Positions 37,416 to 51,087 are shown, counted from the whole stretch's first letter. The stretch: 63,384 nt of DNA, filler included, from Reclinomonas americana ATCC 50394 (GCA_048213135.1; 3 parts of 3 records of this genome joined end to end with filler, not necessarily neighbours in it), one strand, 5' to 3'. A program made the numbers and translations. Notes: generated by a model from the sequence alone, not told the origin.

Positions 37416-38596
37416 GCGGTTTTTTTCTTCGCCACGACGCCGACGTGCTTGCACCCCTTTTGTACACAAATCAACAACACGATTTTTCTTCAACTCCTCC
37501 CTCCCTTGTCTTTCCTTTGTCTCTCTCTCCTCTCTCTCTNNNNNNNNNNNNNNNNNNNNNNNNNNNNNNNNNNNNNNNNNNNNNNNNNNNNNNNNNNNNN
37601 NNNNNNNNNNNNNNNNNNNNNNNNNNNNNNNNNNNNNNNNNNNNNNNNNNNNNNNNNNNNNNNNNNNNNNNNNNNNNNNNNNNNNNNNNNNNNNNNNNNN
37701 NNNNNNNNNNNNNNNNNNNNNNNNNNNNNNNNNNNNNNNNNNNNNNNNNNNNNNNNNNNNNNNNNNNNNNNNNNNNNNNNNNNNNNNNNNNNNNNNNNNN
37801 NNNNNNNNNNNNNNNNNNNNNNNNNNNNNNNNNNNNNNNNNNNNNNNNNNNNNNNNNNNNNNNNNNNNNNNNNNNNNNNNNNNNNNNNNNNNNNNNNNNN
37901 NNNNNNNNNNNNNNNNNNNNNNNNNNNNNNNNNNNNNNNNNNNNNNNNNNNNNNNNNNNNNNNNNNNNNNNNNNNNNNNNNNNNNNNNNNNNNNNNNNNN
38001 NNNNNNNNNNNNNNNNNNNNNNNNNNNNNNNNNNNNNNNNNNNNNNNNNNNNNNNNNNNNNNNNNNNNNNNNNNNNNNNNNNNNNNNNNNNNNNNNNNNN
38101 NNNNNNNNNNNNNNNNNNNNNNNNNNNNNNNNNNNNNNNNNNNNNNNNNNNNNNNNNNNNNNNNNNNNNNNNNNNNNNNNNNNNNNNNNNNNNNNNNNNN
38201 NNNNNNNNNNNNNNNNNNNNNNNNNNNNNNNNNNNNNNNNNNNNNNNNNNNNNNNNNNNNNNNNNNNNNNNNNNNNNNNNNNNNNNNNNNNNNNNNNNNN
38301 NNNNNNNNNNNNNNNNNNNNNNNNNNNNNNNNNNNNNNNNNNNNNNNNNNNNNNNNNNNNNNNNNNNNNNNNNNNNNNNNNNNNNNNNNNNNNNNNNNNN
38401 NNNNNNNNNNNNNNNNNNNNNNNNNNNNNNNNNNNNNNNNNNNNNNNNNNNNNNNNNNNNNNNNNNNNNNNNNNNNNNNNNNNNNNNNNNNNNNNNNNNN
38501 NNNCTCCCGCTCTCTCAACGAGGCAGTACATCACGCTATCCCGTGTCGTTATTGCACGCATACATTGACGGCGATGAGCGGCGTGTGTCACACTGA

Positions 38597-40522
38597 TCAT
38601 TTCTCGTCATCGTCGTCGTCGTCGCTCAGCGTCACGTCGGGCACATCATCAGTGTCGACGGATACTTTGGCTGGTGTCGAAGTGGCAACGGCTGCGGGTT
38701 TCGCCTCTCCGGTCTTGGTGGCTGCGCGAATCATGTCATGCGCGGCTTTGGAGCACCACTCGCTGCGAATGTGCAGCGCTTCATCGAGGTTCTGTGAGGG
38801 GGCACGCACATTGAGAGGGCGAAATTAAACAAGTCGAGTGATCTCACTTCGCACCTCACGCATGGCCGCCACACGAGATTTGTGCGACGGGTGCGTCGAG
38901 GTGTATGACATGTGATCGCCGGTGGCCGCATCCATGCGCTTCCACACGCTGCATGGCGGTAAGATGCGCTGTCACTCTGCTTGCACGCGACGATGACGGA
39001 ACCACAAACCCGGGAGCGTAATTTGGATCAAAACACGCGCGTGACATTAACACAATGCCTGCGCAAGGGGTGTGAGTGCGTCATCTCAAGGAAGGGAGCA
39101 CAAAGGAGCGCACAAACACACCAATTTGGTCAGCCTCCTCTTCGTGGAGCCGCGAGTACGGCAACTCCAGTGCATCTGTGAAAAGAATTTAACACGTGTG
39201 AGGCACAGTGGCACGAGTGTGGGCGAGGCCAACTGCCGCAACATCGCATGACCTGCAGCGACGAGTAAGCAACAACAACCACTTCGCGCGTGCTCACAGA
39301 CTCTCCGCATGCGCAACTCGCTTCGCAATAAACGAGGTCATGTCGAATCCAATGAGACTGAGGAACGCACTCACCAACACCAGCGAGGTGTGGAAGAAGC
39401 CTTTTTCTGCCGTGTGTCGAGCTAATGCGTGACCGATTTCGTGTGCCAGAACACTGGGGCGCGCGTGGTGAGGATGGGGTTGGCGACACTCAAATAACAG
39501 AGTACAGACGCAACAGTGCAATCTCATCGTCTGCTTCCATGATCTGCAAGATGCGAGGGAGTGAGATAGTGAGTGAGTGGGGGAGTTGATCTGCCCCGCG
39601 CAACACAACACAACATCCATGAGTCCTCGGAAAACCACAATCTTGCCGCCTTTGTGCCAACGCGGTGAGCAAATCACCCAGTGAGAAGAGGAACAAGAGA
39701 GAGGACTCACCCGGTGCACACATGGCATTGACTGTCTTGTCATCCAACACTGTGCGCCACGACAGTATGTGAGCGCGCACGAGAGACGCAAACGACAGGC
39801 AACAAAAAAACTACTCAACCCGCAAACTTCCAGTCAAACTTGGCACCACTGACCGCCACCAGCCGATCGGCCACCGCCCTGACACGCTTCACATCCTGCG
39901 CGCACACAAGACACGAGTCACGAGGATGAGCTCGCACGCACCAACAAGACGCAGCCAGCCACAAACCGGATGATTATCAGGCATCCGCTTGTACTTCTTC
40001 ACCAACTCAGCAAACACCGCCTCGCCCGTCTTGTTCTCCTGCTCCCGACTCATCGTCACAAAGTGCATCCGACCTGCCACAGACATCGTCACTCATGCAG
40101 CGATGGAACCCATTTGCAATCAGGCATTGCAAGTCTCACCAGTGATCGGCACCTCCTCTCGCACAATCGACCCCGACAGGTAAAAGCCCACAAACGGCAG
40201 TGGAATGCACAGCAACCACCACGCCGATCGCCGAGCGCCCTTGGGCACAGGTCGACGTGCTGTGTCTCACAATCACATGAGACACACTGATGGAAGAACA
40301 AGACTGATTGCGCATATGTGCAACTGTTATCCATGCCAACACTGACATTCTGTGGTGTCGACGATGACATGTACCGACGAGACCATGTCACCGCACCCTG
40401 CACATCTCATGTGTCAACGCAACACAATGAGTGTGACAAAGAGAGAGCGAGAGAGTGACACGCACCTGCTGCACTCGCTGCACTGCGCGTTGGCACACAT
40501 GCAGCACAGACGACAGCAACAT
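38597..40522 (-). CDS. OMA1: Peptidase M48, OMA1-like metalloprotease
   Basis: EEVPITGR, VNAMCAPGGKIVVFRGL, VLAHEIGHALARH (HExxH), YSRLHEEEADQIG, ACFDP, STHPS; basic presequence-like N-terminus. Confidence 0.88.
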
Positions 40523-40609
40523 GTCTCTCTTGTGCACAAACGACGGAAGGGGCGCGTCCTGTCCAACTTCGCCGGATTTCATTCATTACTTTGTGAGCGC
40601 GCAAACAAC

Positions 40610-41591
40610 ATGGCTTCGTTCCAAGAGATCGTCGACGGAGTGTTCCTCGGACCCGCCTTTGTGCACGAGCTAAAGGTCCACGCGTGCGCGCCTCTGTGCT
40701 TGTCTGTCTATTTCGCTCACTGTCTCTTGCACACACAGGCGGATGAGCTCGAGTCACGCGGGATCACCGACGTGTTTCCGATCACGATGCGCGTGGCCGA
40801 GTTCCATCCATCGCGATTCACCTATCACAGTGTGACACTGGAGGATGAGGCCGAGGCGCCCATTGAACAAGTTGCGGTCGAGCATGGAAGAGCAAGTGGA
40901 CAGCAGCAACGAAAACAACTCATTATGCAATGTGTATACTTAGCATTTGCATGCGGTGGCCGATGGCATTCATGCGGCGTTGCAGCAGACGGAACCGCGC
41001 CCGGGACGAGTGTATGTGCACTGTGAGGCCGGCATCTCGCGCTCGTCGAGCATGGTGTTGGCGTATTTGGTCAAATATCGCGTTGCGTGCCTCCTCTGCA
41101 CGTGTCTGTCTGTCTCTCTCGTGTGCTGCTGACTGTGTGAGCGTAGGACATGACATTGCGTGATGCTGTTGCGTTTGGAGGAGTCGTCGTCTGCTGCTGC
41201 GATGTTGTTGGCGCTCATGCTGTGTTGTGTTCAGTTTGCGCATGCGCGTGAGAGAAGACCCGTCATTGAGCCGAATGTGGGCTTCTGGGCCAAGCTGGCC
41301 GAGTTTGAGCAGGAGGTGCGGGGCAGCAAGTCGTACACCCGCGAGGACTACACCATCGGTGAGCAGACGAGTCGTCTATTTGCGTGCGTCTACACAATCA
41401 GTGTGCTTATTTCTCACATGCGCAGACATGATGCGCCCGATGTGCCCGCGCATTCCACCGGTGAGTCGAAGCGTGGATGGTGCTGTGTGGCCTTTGCCTC
41501 TCATTAACTCTGTGTGCAGGAGGAACTGCGCAAGCTGTTGGAGCAAAACAACTGGGACATCCACGCGGCGTTCAGTGCAATTTTTAGATGA
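40610..41591 (+). CDS. Dual-specificity protein phosphatase with short C-terminal UBA/CUE-like module
   Basis: EIVDGVFLG, VYVHCEAGISRSSSMVLAYL (CX5R), RRPVIEPNVGFWAKL. Confidence 0.9.
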
Positions 41592-41616
41592 TCATCTCGC
41601 TCGACGGTCGGCTGCC

Positions 41617-43476
41617 TCAGCACGACGTCTGCATCTTTGCCGACCTGTGACGGGAGGAGAGGGGTTAGTGCGAACATCAGATGCGTGTGAAAAAAGCAGC
41701 AAAACAACAACAATGTACCAGAATCCAATGTCGCCAGCGACCTTGTTGCGGTTGCTCAGGATTCTGTGCACTGGATAGTGAGAAGCAGTGGAGTGGAGCT
41801 TATGACAAGGAGACGGTGCGCAACGTGGACAGCTGTGTGAGAATGCCATCGCGTTGCTTGATGGTCTCGGTGACCTTGGCCTGCAGACTCGACAGCTCGG
41901 TGTTCAGAGCCGTGCGCTGCACAGTCGACATTCGTGAGACAGAGTGTGTGAGAGAGAAAACAGAGTGGGCGCCGACAGCACGCACCGTCCAGGTGGTGTA
42001 GTCTTCATTGGCGGTCGCAAACGTGAGGAACACCTGTTCATCACTGGCTTCCACATCCTGTGCGTGCGGCAGAGGCAGGTGAGAACAACAAGTGGAAGAC
42101 AGAGGCGCTGACACCGAATACAGACCAGAATCGTCTGCAGCGAGTCGTTCTCCACCGGCTGCACAACTGCCTCGGTCTCCACAAACTCGGCCTGCACCGG
42201 GGTCGCGTCCGAAGGCAGTTCAACCAGCGCCACGGTGGTAAGCGCCCGCTGGATCATCACAATCTGCAAGAGGGGTGAGATCATTTGTCTCTCGCTTGCA
42301 CAACAGCTGCGACAGGGAACTCTCACATTGTTCTGCAGCTGCGCGATGGTTGCATCTGCAGTTTCGAGCTGCAAGCGGGCATTCATTTCTTGCTCCATGA
42401 AGCGCACCTCCTCGCCCTTCCAGAACGCCAGACTGCCTCGAGCTTCGCAGCACGTCTGCAACGAGGAGAAATGTCCATGAGGACGCCAAAAGACATCGTG
42501 TGCGACAGACGGACAACGCACCTGGATCGTCTTGCCCTCAATAATCAGGCCCGCCTTCTTGGACTGCGCAGTACGAGGTAAAGTTAGTGAAGCAACGGAA
42601 CAAGCGCATGCAAAGGCACGCAACGGCGATCTCGTTGGACATGTCTTGTGCCCACGGCGGCAGGGTGGACGAGTCGGTGACACCAACCATGGCCAGTGTG
42701 GCGTAATCAGCAGCATCCTCCTCTTCCGCCTCTTCCGTCGTCTCCCCCTCGGTCTCCCCCACGGTCACATCCACGACCTCCTCCTCCTCCTCCTCCTCAA
42801 TCTCCTCTTCCTCGGTCTCCCCTTCCTCAATGTCACCTTCCTCAATCTCCTCCTCCTCCTCGGTCTCCACTTCTTCAGTATCACCCTCCTCAATCTCCTC
42901 CTCCTCTTCGACGAACTCCTCCTCCTCCTCGGCCTCCTCCTCCTCCTCCTCTGGCTCCTCGCTGTCGGCCTCCACTTCCACCTCGTCGGCATCGGCGTCG
43001 GCGACATCGTCGAGCGAGTCGAATTCCGACTCCATGCTCACAAACTCGTTCTCCATGAGGCTGAACACCGCGTCCTCGCTCTCGACATCGACCTCCTCAT
43101 CTTCTTCGTCCTCCTCAGACACCCAACCCTCGTCGTGTTGCTCTTCCTCCTCGTCTTGCTCCTCGTCTTCCAAGGCACCCTCGGTGACGACAGCTTCCGC
43201 CGACACAGACTCGGCATTTTGCTCCTCTGCAACCACTGCCGGTGCTACTGACTGCTGCGCATCGTCGCCAGTGTACTCGCTGTCGCTCGCTGAGAAGACT
43301 AGCGGGATGAGCGCAAGGTGCGTGCGAGCGCGGGAAAAAACGGATGACAAGCAAGAGAACGAACCAGTGTACGATGGCGCCGGGAAAGTCGCCGAGTCCA
43401 CCCGCCTGGAGAACTCCACCACAACGAGCAGCGCCGCCACCAACACCACACTGAGAAGGATCGAGCTCCACTTCAT
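41617..43476 (-). CDS. Predicted secreted protein with very acidic tract and C-terminal coiled coil; family unknown
   Basis: Signal-like MKWSSILLSVVLVAALLVVV; long E/D-rich exon ~43290-42625; in-phase downstream exons ending AGDIGFWSAKMQTSC*. Confidence 0.7.
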
Positions 43477-43559
43477 CTCGCGCGAAAACACAAAAAAAAA
43501 AACAGCCAAAGATCTGGCGCGAAAAAACACACTGTAAATCACCGCGTACACAATCTTGT

Positions 43560-45865
43560 TCACTGAGGGGGCGCTATCATGGTCACTGTGGTTCCCTGAC
43601 CCGTCAGTGACGCGGCAAACCGCACACCTCGCCTGATCTCTGGCGTGCGAACCGAGCACAGGTGCACATCGTTCACGCTGAAATGCAGCTCGCCGTCGTC
43701 CAGATCGGCAATCACCTGCGGAAAGAATCAGCTAGTGGCTGCATGCATGCATCCGCTGTGCCACTCACCGACACCAAGTCGCCCTCATTAATCGGCGCCG
43801 ATCCAGTGAATAGTGCCTGCCTTTGATCGTACACGCTGCCGTCGGCGTCAAAAATGCCCCACCTGGTGCGACAGCCACACGTGAGATGTGCCACGCAGGA
43901 ACACAAACAAGCAAGAGGAAACAACAAGCGCACCCGCATCCCTCAATGATACTCTTGTCGAATGTGGCAAATGTCTCGGGAACACAGCCGACGCACACGC
44001 CCCACGGACCATTTCGCTTCTCCAGCACAACATGCAGAGCATGCACGCCGGTTTTCATGAGCTGTGTGACGCACGCGGTCAGCGTCAAGGAAGCGTACAC
44101 CATCACACGCACACACACACATCAAGCACACCTCCGGACACGCCGCTGTCGCTCGCACAGTGCCGCCAGTCAACACAATCTTCTTCCCGTGTCGCCCAGC
44201 AGTAATGTGCGCGCTCTTGCGGGTGAGACTCCACGTCTCGTGCACTTTCGGGGCCGGTTTCACAATGATTTGCTCCTCCTGCGACCTGTATATGAGGACG
44301 GCAAACATACACACGCTAACATGCGCGACTGACCTCGGCTTGTTCACTGGACTCGACCGCGGAGGAACCCGTCATAACGGCGGCACCTTGCGCCGATCTC
44401 GCACCTTCGCCAATCACATGCTCTTGCCTCTCACCACTCGAATACTGCTCCACCGCACCATCACCACTGACATCTGTGGCCAGTGTCTTTTCTCGGCCAA
44501 CGTGCATGAACTGCATGTAGGCAGTGGTCGCTACGTTTTGCAGTTTCCGTCGTGAGTGGCAACAAGCACACAGCATCATCAGACTCACACAAACACGCAC
44601 AAGTCTCCGCTCCACGAGGTCGCAGCAGTGGATGTGAGGAGTCGTAGTTTTCGGGAACCTGTCGCGGCAAGTAAGCATGTGAAACAGACATCACAAATGC
44701 ACTCACATCACACTACTCTCACCAGCGCATATCGACCACGCTCATACGCGAGCTCCAGTGGCAAGATGCCGGTCGATTCGACCTGCCATTCGTCCACACA
44801 CACGCAAACAAGTCAACTACGCGCCCTCCTCACCCCATCACCACATGCAAACAGACGCAACATGTGAAACGAAGAACGCCGGGCTGAGTCGCATGATTCG
44901 CACACACGGGGTGAGGTCGCGGAGAACCTCGCTGAGTGCGGCCTTGTCCTCGCGCGTCCAGTCTGGCGTCGACGGCGCCGACAGTTGACACCGTGCACTA
45001 CAAACGCACTGGGTGGTGAGACGAGTCGCAACGCGTGGCGACAAACGCAGTGTGCGCACAACGCTACCGTCCCCACTCCAGCAACGCCAGCCACAAGTCC
45101 TCCTCCTCAATGCACAACAGGTCACTCTGCAACAGCTGCTTGAACGTCTCTTGCGACAACGTGCGCATACTCGCCGTGCGGAAGACAGCCGGTGCATGGG
45201 CAGCGATGAAATGAAAGCAGCCCTGGAAGAGGGGGTCCACGCTGTTCGCCTTGGCAGCTTCCTGCACAGCTCACCGATGAGCACTTGTTGACCGCACACT
45301 GCCCCGTCTGACACGCACCAAATACAAGCACGCCGTCTGCACATCAAGCGTCGACCAGATGTAATCCTCGGCAATGCGCTGCAGATCGTCGACTCCCCAC
45401 TCCTCCGCCACTCGCATCACCTCAAACGCTCGTTCGGGCGCCAGTGTCACACCGCCCGTGTACACAAACTCCAGCACCGCCAACAGACCAGCCTCCGAGT
45501 CTTGCAAACGCTCAATGCGCAGTGGGTGGCGCGACGACGCCGATGCCGCACTCTCTGCAATCCCGCTCATCAATGCACGCCATGACAATGCACACACACA
45601 CACAGGTGAGAGACACACACGCACCGTCCAGTGTCAATCGCAACCCCGGGCATCGCTCCCACAGCACACTGGCATGCGCGTAGAGAGTGGCCATGGACGA
45701 CGAGGAAGAAGAGGAGGCAGAGTCTGCGACTGCAGTGGTGGACGATGCAGGCGCCACAGAGGGCACAATGAAGTGCACATTGGCGAATCGGTGTGGGTTG
45801 TTGCAGAGTGCCTCCACGCCCTGCAGCAGGCGTTGCACAGTGAGAGGAATGGCGCTCGGGTCCAT
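43560..45865 (-). CDS. BTB/POZ-BACK protein with C-terminal SPRY-like domain
   Basis: FANVHFIV...YAHASVLWERCP; VLEFVYTG; LLQSDLLCIEEEDLWLALLEW; GDLVSVIADLDDGELHFSVND. Confidence 0.85.
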
Positions 45866-45998
45866 GATTGACGATCGATGGCAGGAATGCAGGACGAGGA
45901 CCAACCACTGGTGGACTTTTTCGTCGACAAACTGACGAGTGCGCGAGGTTCCCGCGCATTCTCCCTTTGCGTGTGTGACCAAGAGAGCGTGCCGTGGT

Positions 45999-48767
45999 AT
46001 GAGTCGACGCCGCCGACATCGTTGCGTGCGACGCTCGAACGCAGATGAACGTCGCCGCGTGCGCTCATGCTCTCGTGTGTGCACAGGCAATGGAAGCGAC
46101 GCAGACGACGATGAGGCGGGCGAGGAGGAGGAGGAGGATTCAGTAGATGAGGAGTACATGACCGCGAGTGACTTGTCGTCTAGCGACGACGACGACGATG
46201 GTGGCGGCGACGATGAGCTGCGGATCCCGATCGAGAGAGACAGCGATGTCGAGGAAGACGATGACGAACAGGAAGAAGCCGGTGTGAGTGCCATGGATGA
46301 TGATGCAGATGCGGCGGGCAACTCCGCCGATGAGGTGTGGACCTGGCAGCACTCGGAGGCGTACGGATACGAGCTGGGTGGAATGGTGTTCGGACCGGTG
46401 CTGGGCGATGTGGGCGAGGAGACCGAGGACGTCGACGATGGCTTGTCGGTGGTGGCGGCGGATCATGGTCGGGATGATCCGCAAATGGCCCAACTGACGA
46501 CGGCGTTGGAGGAGGGTTTGCGTGCGGTCAGATCGCTCAAGTTGACGCCAGTGTCACTGGCGGCGTTGCTGGATCGCGTGCGTCTACGCAAGGGCGACAC
46601 GCCGACGGTGACGGCGGAGGAGGCGCAGGTGGTAGCCGCTGTTCGCGAGTGTGAAGTCGATAGGGAAGGCGGCCGATCAACGCTGCAGCGCCTTGCGCCA
46701 CCGCCGCTCACCTGCAGTCGCTTCTCGCTGGTGGAGATGTTCAGTCGTTTCCAGTTGTGTATGGGTATGGAGACCATGGTGGCACGTGCGGGCCTGCAGT
46801 GGGCCGAGTGCACACTGGCGGCGCTGTACCGTGGCACCGTGTTTCTGCGCAGAATGCTCAAACACCGCATCGTGGGCAAGTTCGTCGTGGTACTCGGTGT
46901 GTACACTTGTCGCCAACGCGCCATTCGTCGTGATAGCTCACAGTCGTGTGGTTCGTGTCGCACAGCACGGCCGTACGAGGCGTGGCTGCGGAACCCGTCG
47001 GTGAAGAACGTCAAGTCGCTGCTCGACGAGTTCCGACCGACGCTGGATGTGGTCGACACCATGCTTGCCGACTGGTTCGACGTGGACCGAGCCACCGGCG
47101 GCAACACGGCTGTGCTCGACTCCATCTTCTCCGACGCGGTGGTGCAGCACTTGTTGCGCCGCTCCGCTGTCGTCTTGTACCACGTTGCGTTTGTTTTTTT
47201 GCATCCATATCTTCTGCCAGTGATTCGAAACGAGAATGGTAACCAAATTGCTGCAGCCCAAGTGTGTATCGGCTGCACGTTCGCTGCTGACCATGGTCAC
47301 TGTGCGTGCACTCCAGCTGGCCCACGCCAGCGCCGCAGAGCGCTGCAAGAGTGCAGCGGCAGGTTTGTTGTTTCTCACACAAAGTGCACACTGCAGAAGG
47401 ATTCTCTCAGTGTTTGTTCTTTCGCTGTTTGCACAGTGGCGCGCATCAACGATGCGGATGTGGCCGCGGCACTGGCACGCATGGGCCACACGGTGTACAC
47501 GGGCAGCAGCAAGGTGGCGGCGACCACCGCCATCACGGCCACCAGCGCCCGCTTGCGGCGTCGCTTGCCGGAAATGGACCAGCGAGCTTTGGAGATCAGT
47601 TTTGTGCCGGCGACGGTGGTCAAGGATTTTTCGCTCTCCCAAGCCGCCGTCCGCATCGTGCGCGACATTGTGGAGGTTGGGAGAGATGCGCATTTTCCTA
47701 CTTTCCCTTCTATTTTTTGCGAGAACGTAATCGAACGAGTGTGTTCGCAACCAACAGGATCAGGCCGTGGTGCTGCTGGAGAATGCCAGTCGGTGGCGAG
47801 CCGCTCGCTTGTGTCACGCCTCGCTCGCCGATCCCCGAGCTCTCATGCCTGAGTTGCGCTCGCACAAGTGACTCGATTTGTCTGTTGGGATCTCTGAACG
47901 CCTCTCGTGCAGTGACTTGTGGCTGGCAATGGAAGCCCTCAACACGAGTCGAGTCCGTTGCGTGTGGTGTTGCACAATTGATCTCTTTGCTTGACCTGGA
48001 ATGCTCACGTGCTCTCTCGCTGTGTGCAGCTGGCTACCGCCTGGAGCTGGACGCGTTGCAGAATGCACACACTGCAGTGTCGCAGCTGCTGGATTCCAAC
48101 CCGACGAGCACCGATCTGTTGGCGCTGCTGCAAGTGCTCTCGGTGGTGCACTCGCACTCCATGATCTGGTTCCGCACGCATACCGAGCACGATCCACGTT
48201 GCGCCCGCCCCTCGCCTCCCCTCCTCTTCCACCGCGTGTTCTGTCTCTGAGGGTGATATTTCCAGTTCGTCGGCGACCTCGCATGCCGCTGCCCGCCGAT
48301 CCGACGCCATTCGACGATGCCGAGCACGAGGCGGCGCTGCAGGCCATCATGAAGCCTGGCTCGTCGTCGCGACATGCACTCAACGTGTCAGCCTTTCGCG
48401 AGTTTGCCGACCTGGCGCTGCACAGTTGCGTAATCGGTGGGCGATCAGCCGACACGTGCACAGAGAAATGACCAGACTCGTGCGCGCAGATATTGCTCAG
48501 CCGCGGTCGGCCACCATCACCAAGCAGGCCCTGAAGGAGTTGCACGAGTACGTCGAGTATTTCATGGTTGACCTGCTGAGGTAAAAAATGCTTGTGCCCC
48601 GTGCCGGCAAGAAAGAAAGCAATAGTCTCACCCTGCACCTGCGCAGCAACGAGCAACGCGGTGCCGTCGCGCTTGCGGTGCGCGCCTCGAATTTCACCGA
48701 CACCTCCACGCTGTCGGTGACGGAGGAAGACATGATGGCCGCAGTGGCATGTTCAGCCTTTAGCTGA
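45999..48767 (+). CDS. Multi-exon protein with acidic N-terminus and tandem divergent histone folds (H4-like, H3-like, H3-like)
   Basis: LLRRSAV...RSLL...DVAAALARMGHTVY (H4-like); AVRIVRDIVEDQAVVLLENA...LMPDDLWLA (H3-like); AFREF...IAQ...ALKELHEYVEYFMVDLL...VTEEDMMAA (H3-like). All junctions are GT-AG and in phase. Confidence 0.72.
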
Positions 48768-48928
48768 TCTGATCGACGCACCTCTATTTTTCCTTGTACA
48801 ATTTTTCAATGATCAATCAAGTACACACACAACCGGGTGTGCCGCATCGTATAGCCGACACGGCGCGCCCACACATAACAAGCCACACCACACAGCACGA
48901 CATCACGTCACCCGATGGAAGTGACGTC

Positions 48929-51008
48929 TCAGATCGCCGGACAGCGATACAAGTACGGCAAGTTCTGCACTTGATTCGGATCCCTTCGTGAGCGCACCAT
49001 GGTCTCCTTTTCCGCATGCGTGACAATGACGGGTTCTGTGGGGGGAGGCAAGAGAGGAGTGAATGAGACACGCGACAAGATCCGATTCAAGGTCATCAAA
49101 CACACACACACCCTTCTTGGCCAACTCCTCTCGTTCTCTCTCGAGGAAGTGTCCACCGCGCATCTTCAGCTGATGCAGCGCCGTTGGCTCCGATGCCGTC
49201 ACCTCCTACGGCGGGGGGAGAAAGAGAGAGGGAACGGTGAGCACGAGCAGACGAGAGAGTGGCAAGTCAAAACACACACACACCTTGACGGTCTCCTTCT
49301 TCGCTACTGCATCCACAATCGAGGCCACGGACGCCTTCGAATGCACTTGTCGCATGGTCTGTGGTACACGACGACGGTGAGCGACCTGGACACAAGCACG
49401 TCCGTGTCGATGCCAGACACGACGCAACAGTTGACGACTGCAGCACTTGCTGCGCCAGCTCCTGCTTCGCACGATCCAGGTCCGCCTCACCACCCTCTCC
49501 AGCACTGTCTGCCGGTGCAGCTGGCTTGCGTGCTCGCCGGCCTGTGTGAGGGAAGAGAGTGTAAGGGAGGTGGCAAGGAATAGGAGAAGAGAGTGGAATG
49601 GGGACGGGAAGGGAGAGAATAAAGGAGAGAGAGAGGAGGGAGGGATGGAGAAAATGATGAGTGGCAAGGTGGGAAGAAGAGTGAAAATAGAAGCATGATG
49701 TGACTGTAGAAACAGAAACATGAAGAGGGCTGGGAGGCAAGGAGAGGAGAGAGAGGATCACAGGCACGCAACGGACACGGCGAATCATGCGTGGTCCGCG
49801 TGTTCCGTCCTCCCTCAGTTCGCCCTCCACAATGTTGGCCTTGGTCTCCTCGTCCATCAGCTCCTCCTCGTCGCTGAGGGCCTCGTAGTACGACTCAAAG
49901 TCATCGAAATCCTCAAAGCTGTGCACGGAAGGAGAGTCAGCATCATCATCCTGCAACAGACACTTTCCAGTACAACCAACCCTTCCACTTGCTTCACGGC
50001 CTTCTCTGCTGCCTCCTTCTCCCCCGGCGCCAGCTCATCTACACGCTTGTGAATCGCATTGAGTGCCTCGCGCACCTCCAAATCGGCAATGACTGCGGTG
50101 GAGCACGTGAGGAAGGGGGTGCACGGACGGGAGAATGGGTGAGCGGAGAAGAGAGACGCAACACTTGTCGTAATCGAGGCCCTTGGCAAACTCCACCAAA
50201 TCCTCCAGCTCCTCATCGTCCATCTCCTCTGCTTCCTGAGGAGGGGAGCGTAATGTGAGCAAGGGCTGTGATGAAAAGGAGAGTGTGAGAGACACACAAA
50301 CCTTGGCAGTCATGGCCCACGCGGGCTTGTTATCCGACGACGATTTGGCGTTACGAATGGCGGCGACCGACGACGAGTACTCGGCCGGTTTGAGCACCGC
50401 TGCGACACCCACAATGAGCTCCCATGCTGCGGTGGTGGAAGACAAGGGCGAAGACAACGACAACAAACGCACCACTGGCCGGCAGCTTCTTCTGCAACAC
50501 CTCAATGACACCCGGATCGCCACGAGCAATTCCCTGCCGAATCGCCGCCTGCGTCTCCTTCAGTTGCGATGCCTGCTCCTCACTACGATGCGCCTCCTCC
50601 AGTGCCTGCATCCTCTCCAAGTCCTTGAGCGCCGCCAGTTCCTTCAGGTACTTGCGATGCCGCATGTGAATGCTCTTGGTCTTCTTGTGCGCTGTGCGTG
50701 CGTGGAATAGAATAAGCGACACACGACACAAGAGGGAGGAGGAGAAGAGGAGGAGCAGGAGGTGGAGGAGGAGTAAGAAGGGGGAACTGAAGAAGTACTA
50801 CACCAAGAAAACTGAGAAGAAGAAAAAACGAGAAGAGAAGCTGAGGAGGAGCAGAGGGGCAAGAGAGGGAGACGCAACACTTGAGCTCCTCACGCGCAAT
50901 GCCATTCTCCTGCGCCGATTCTTGCGGAGGAGGTAAGCCCACTTGCCCGTGAACGACACCTCCCGGAACAAACGGAATGCTGCGCAANNNNNNNNNNNNN
51001 NNNNNNNG

Positions 51009-51087
<79 letters not shown>

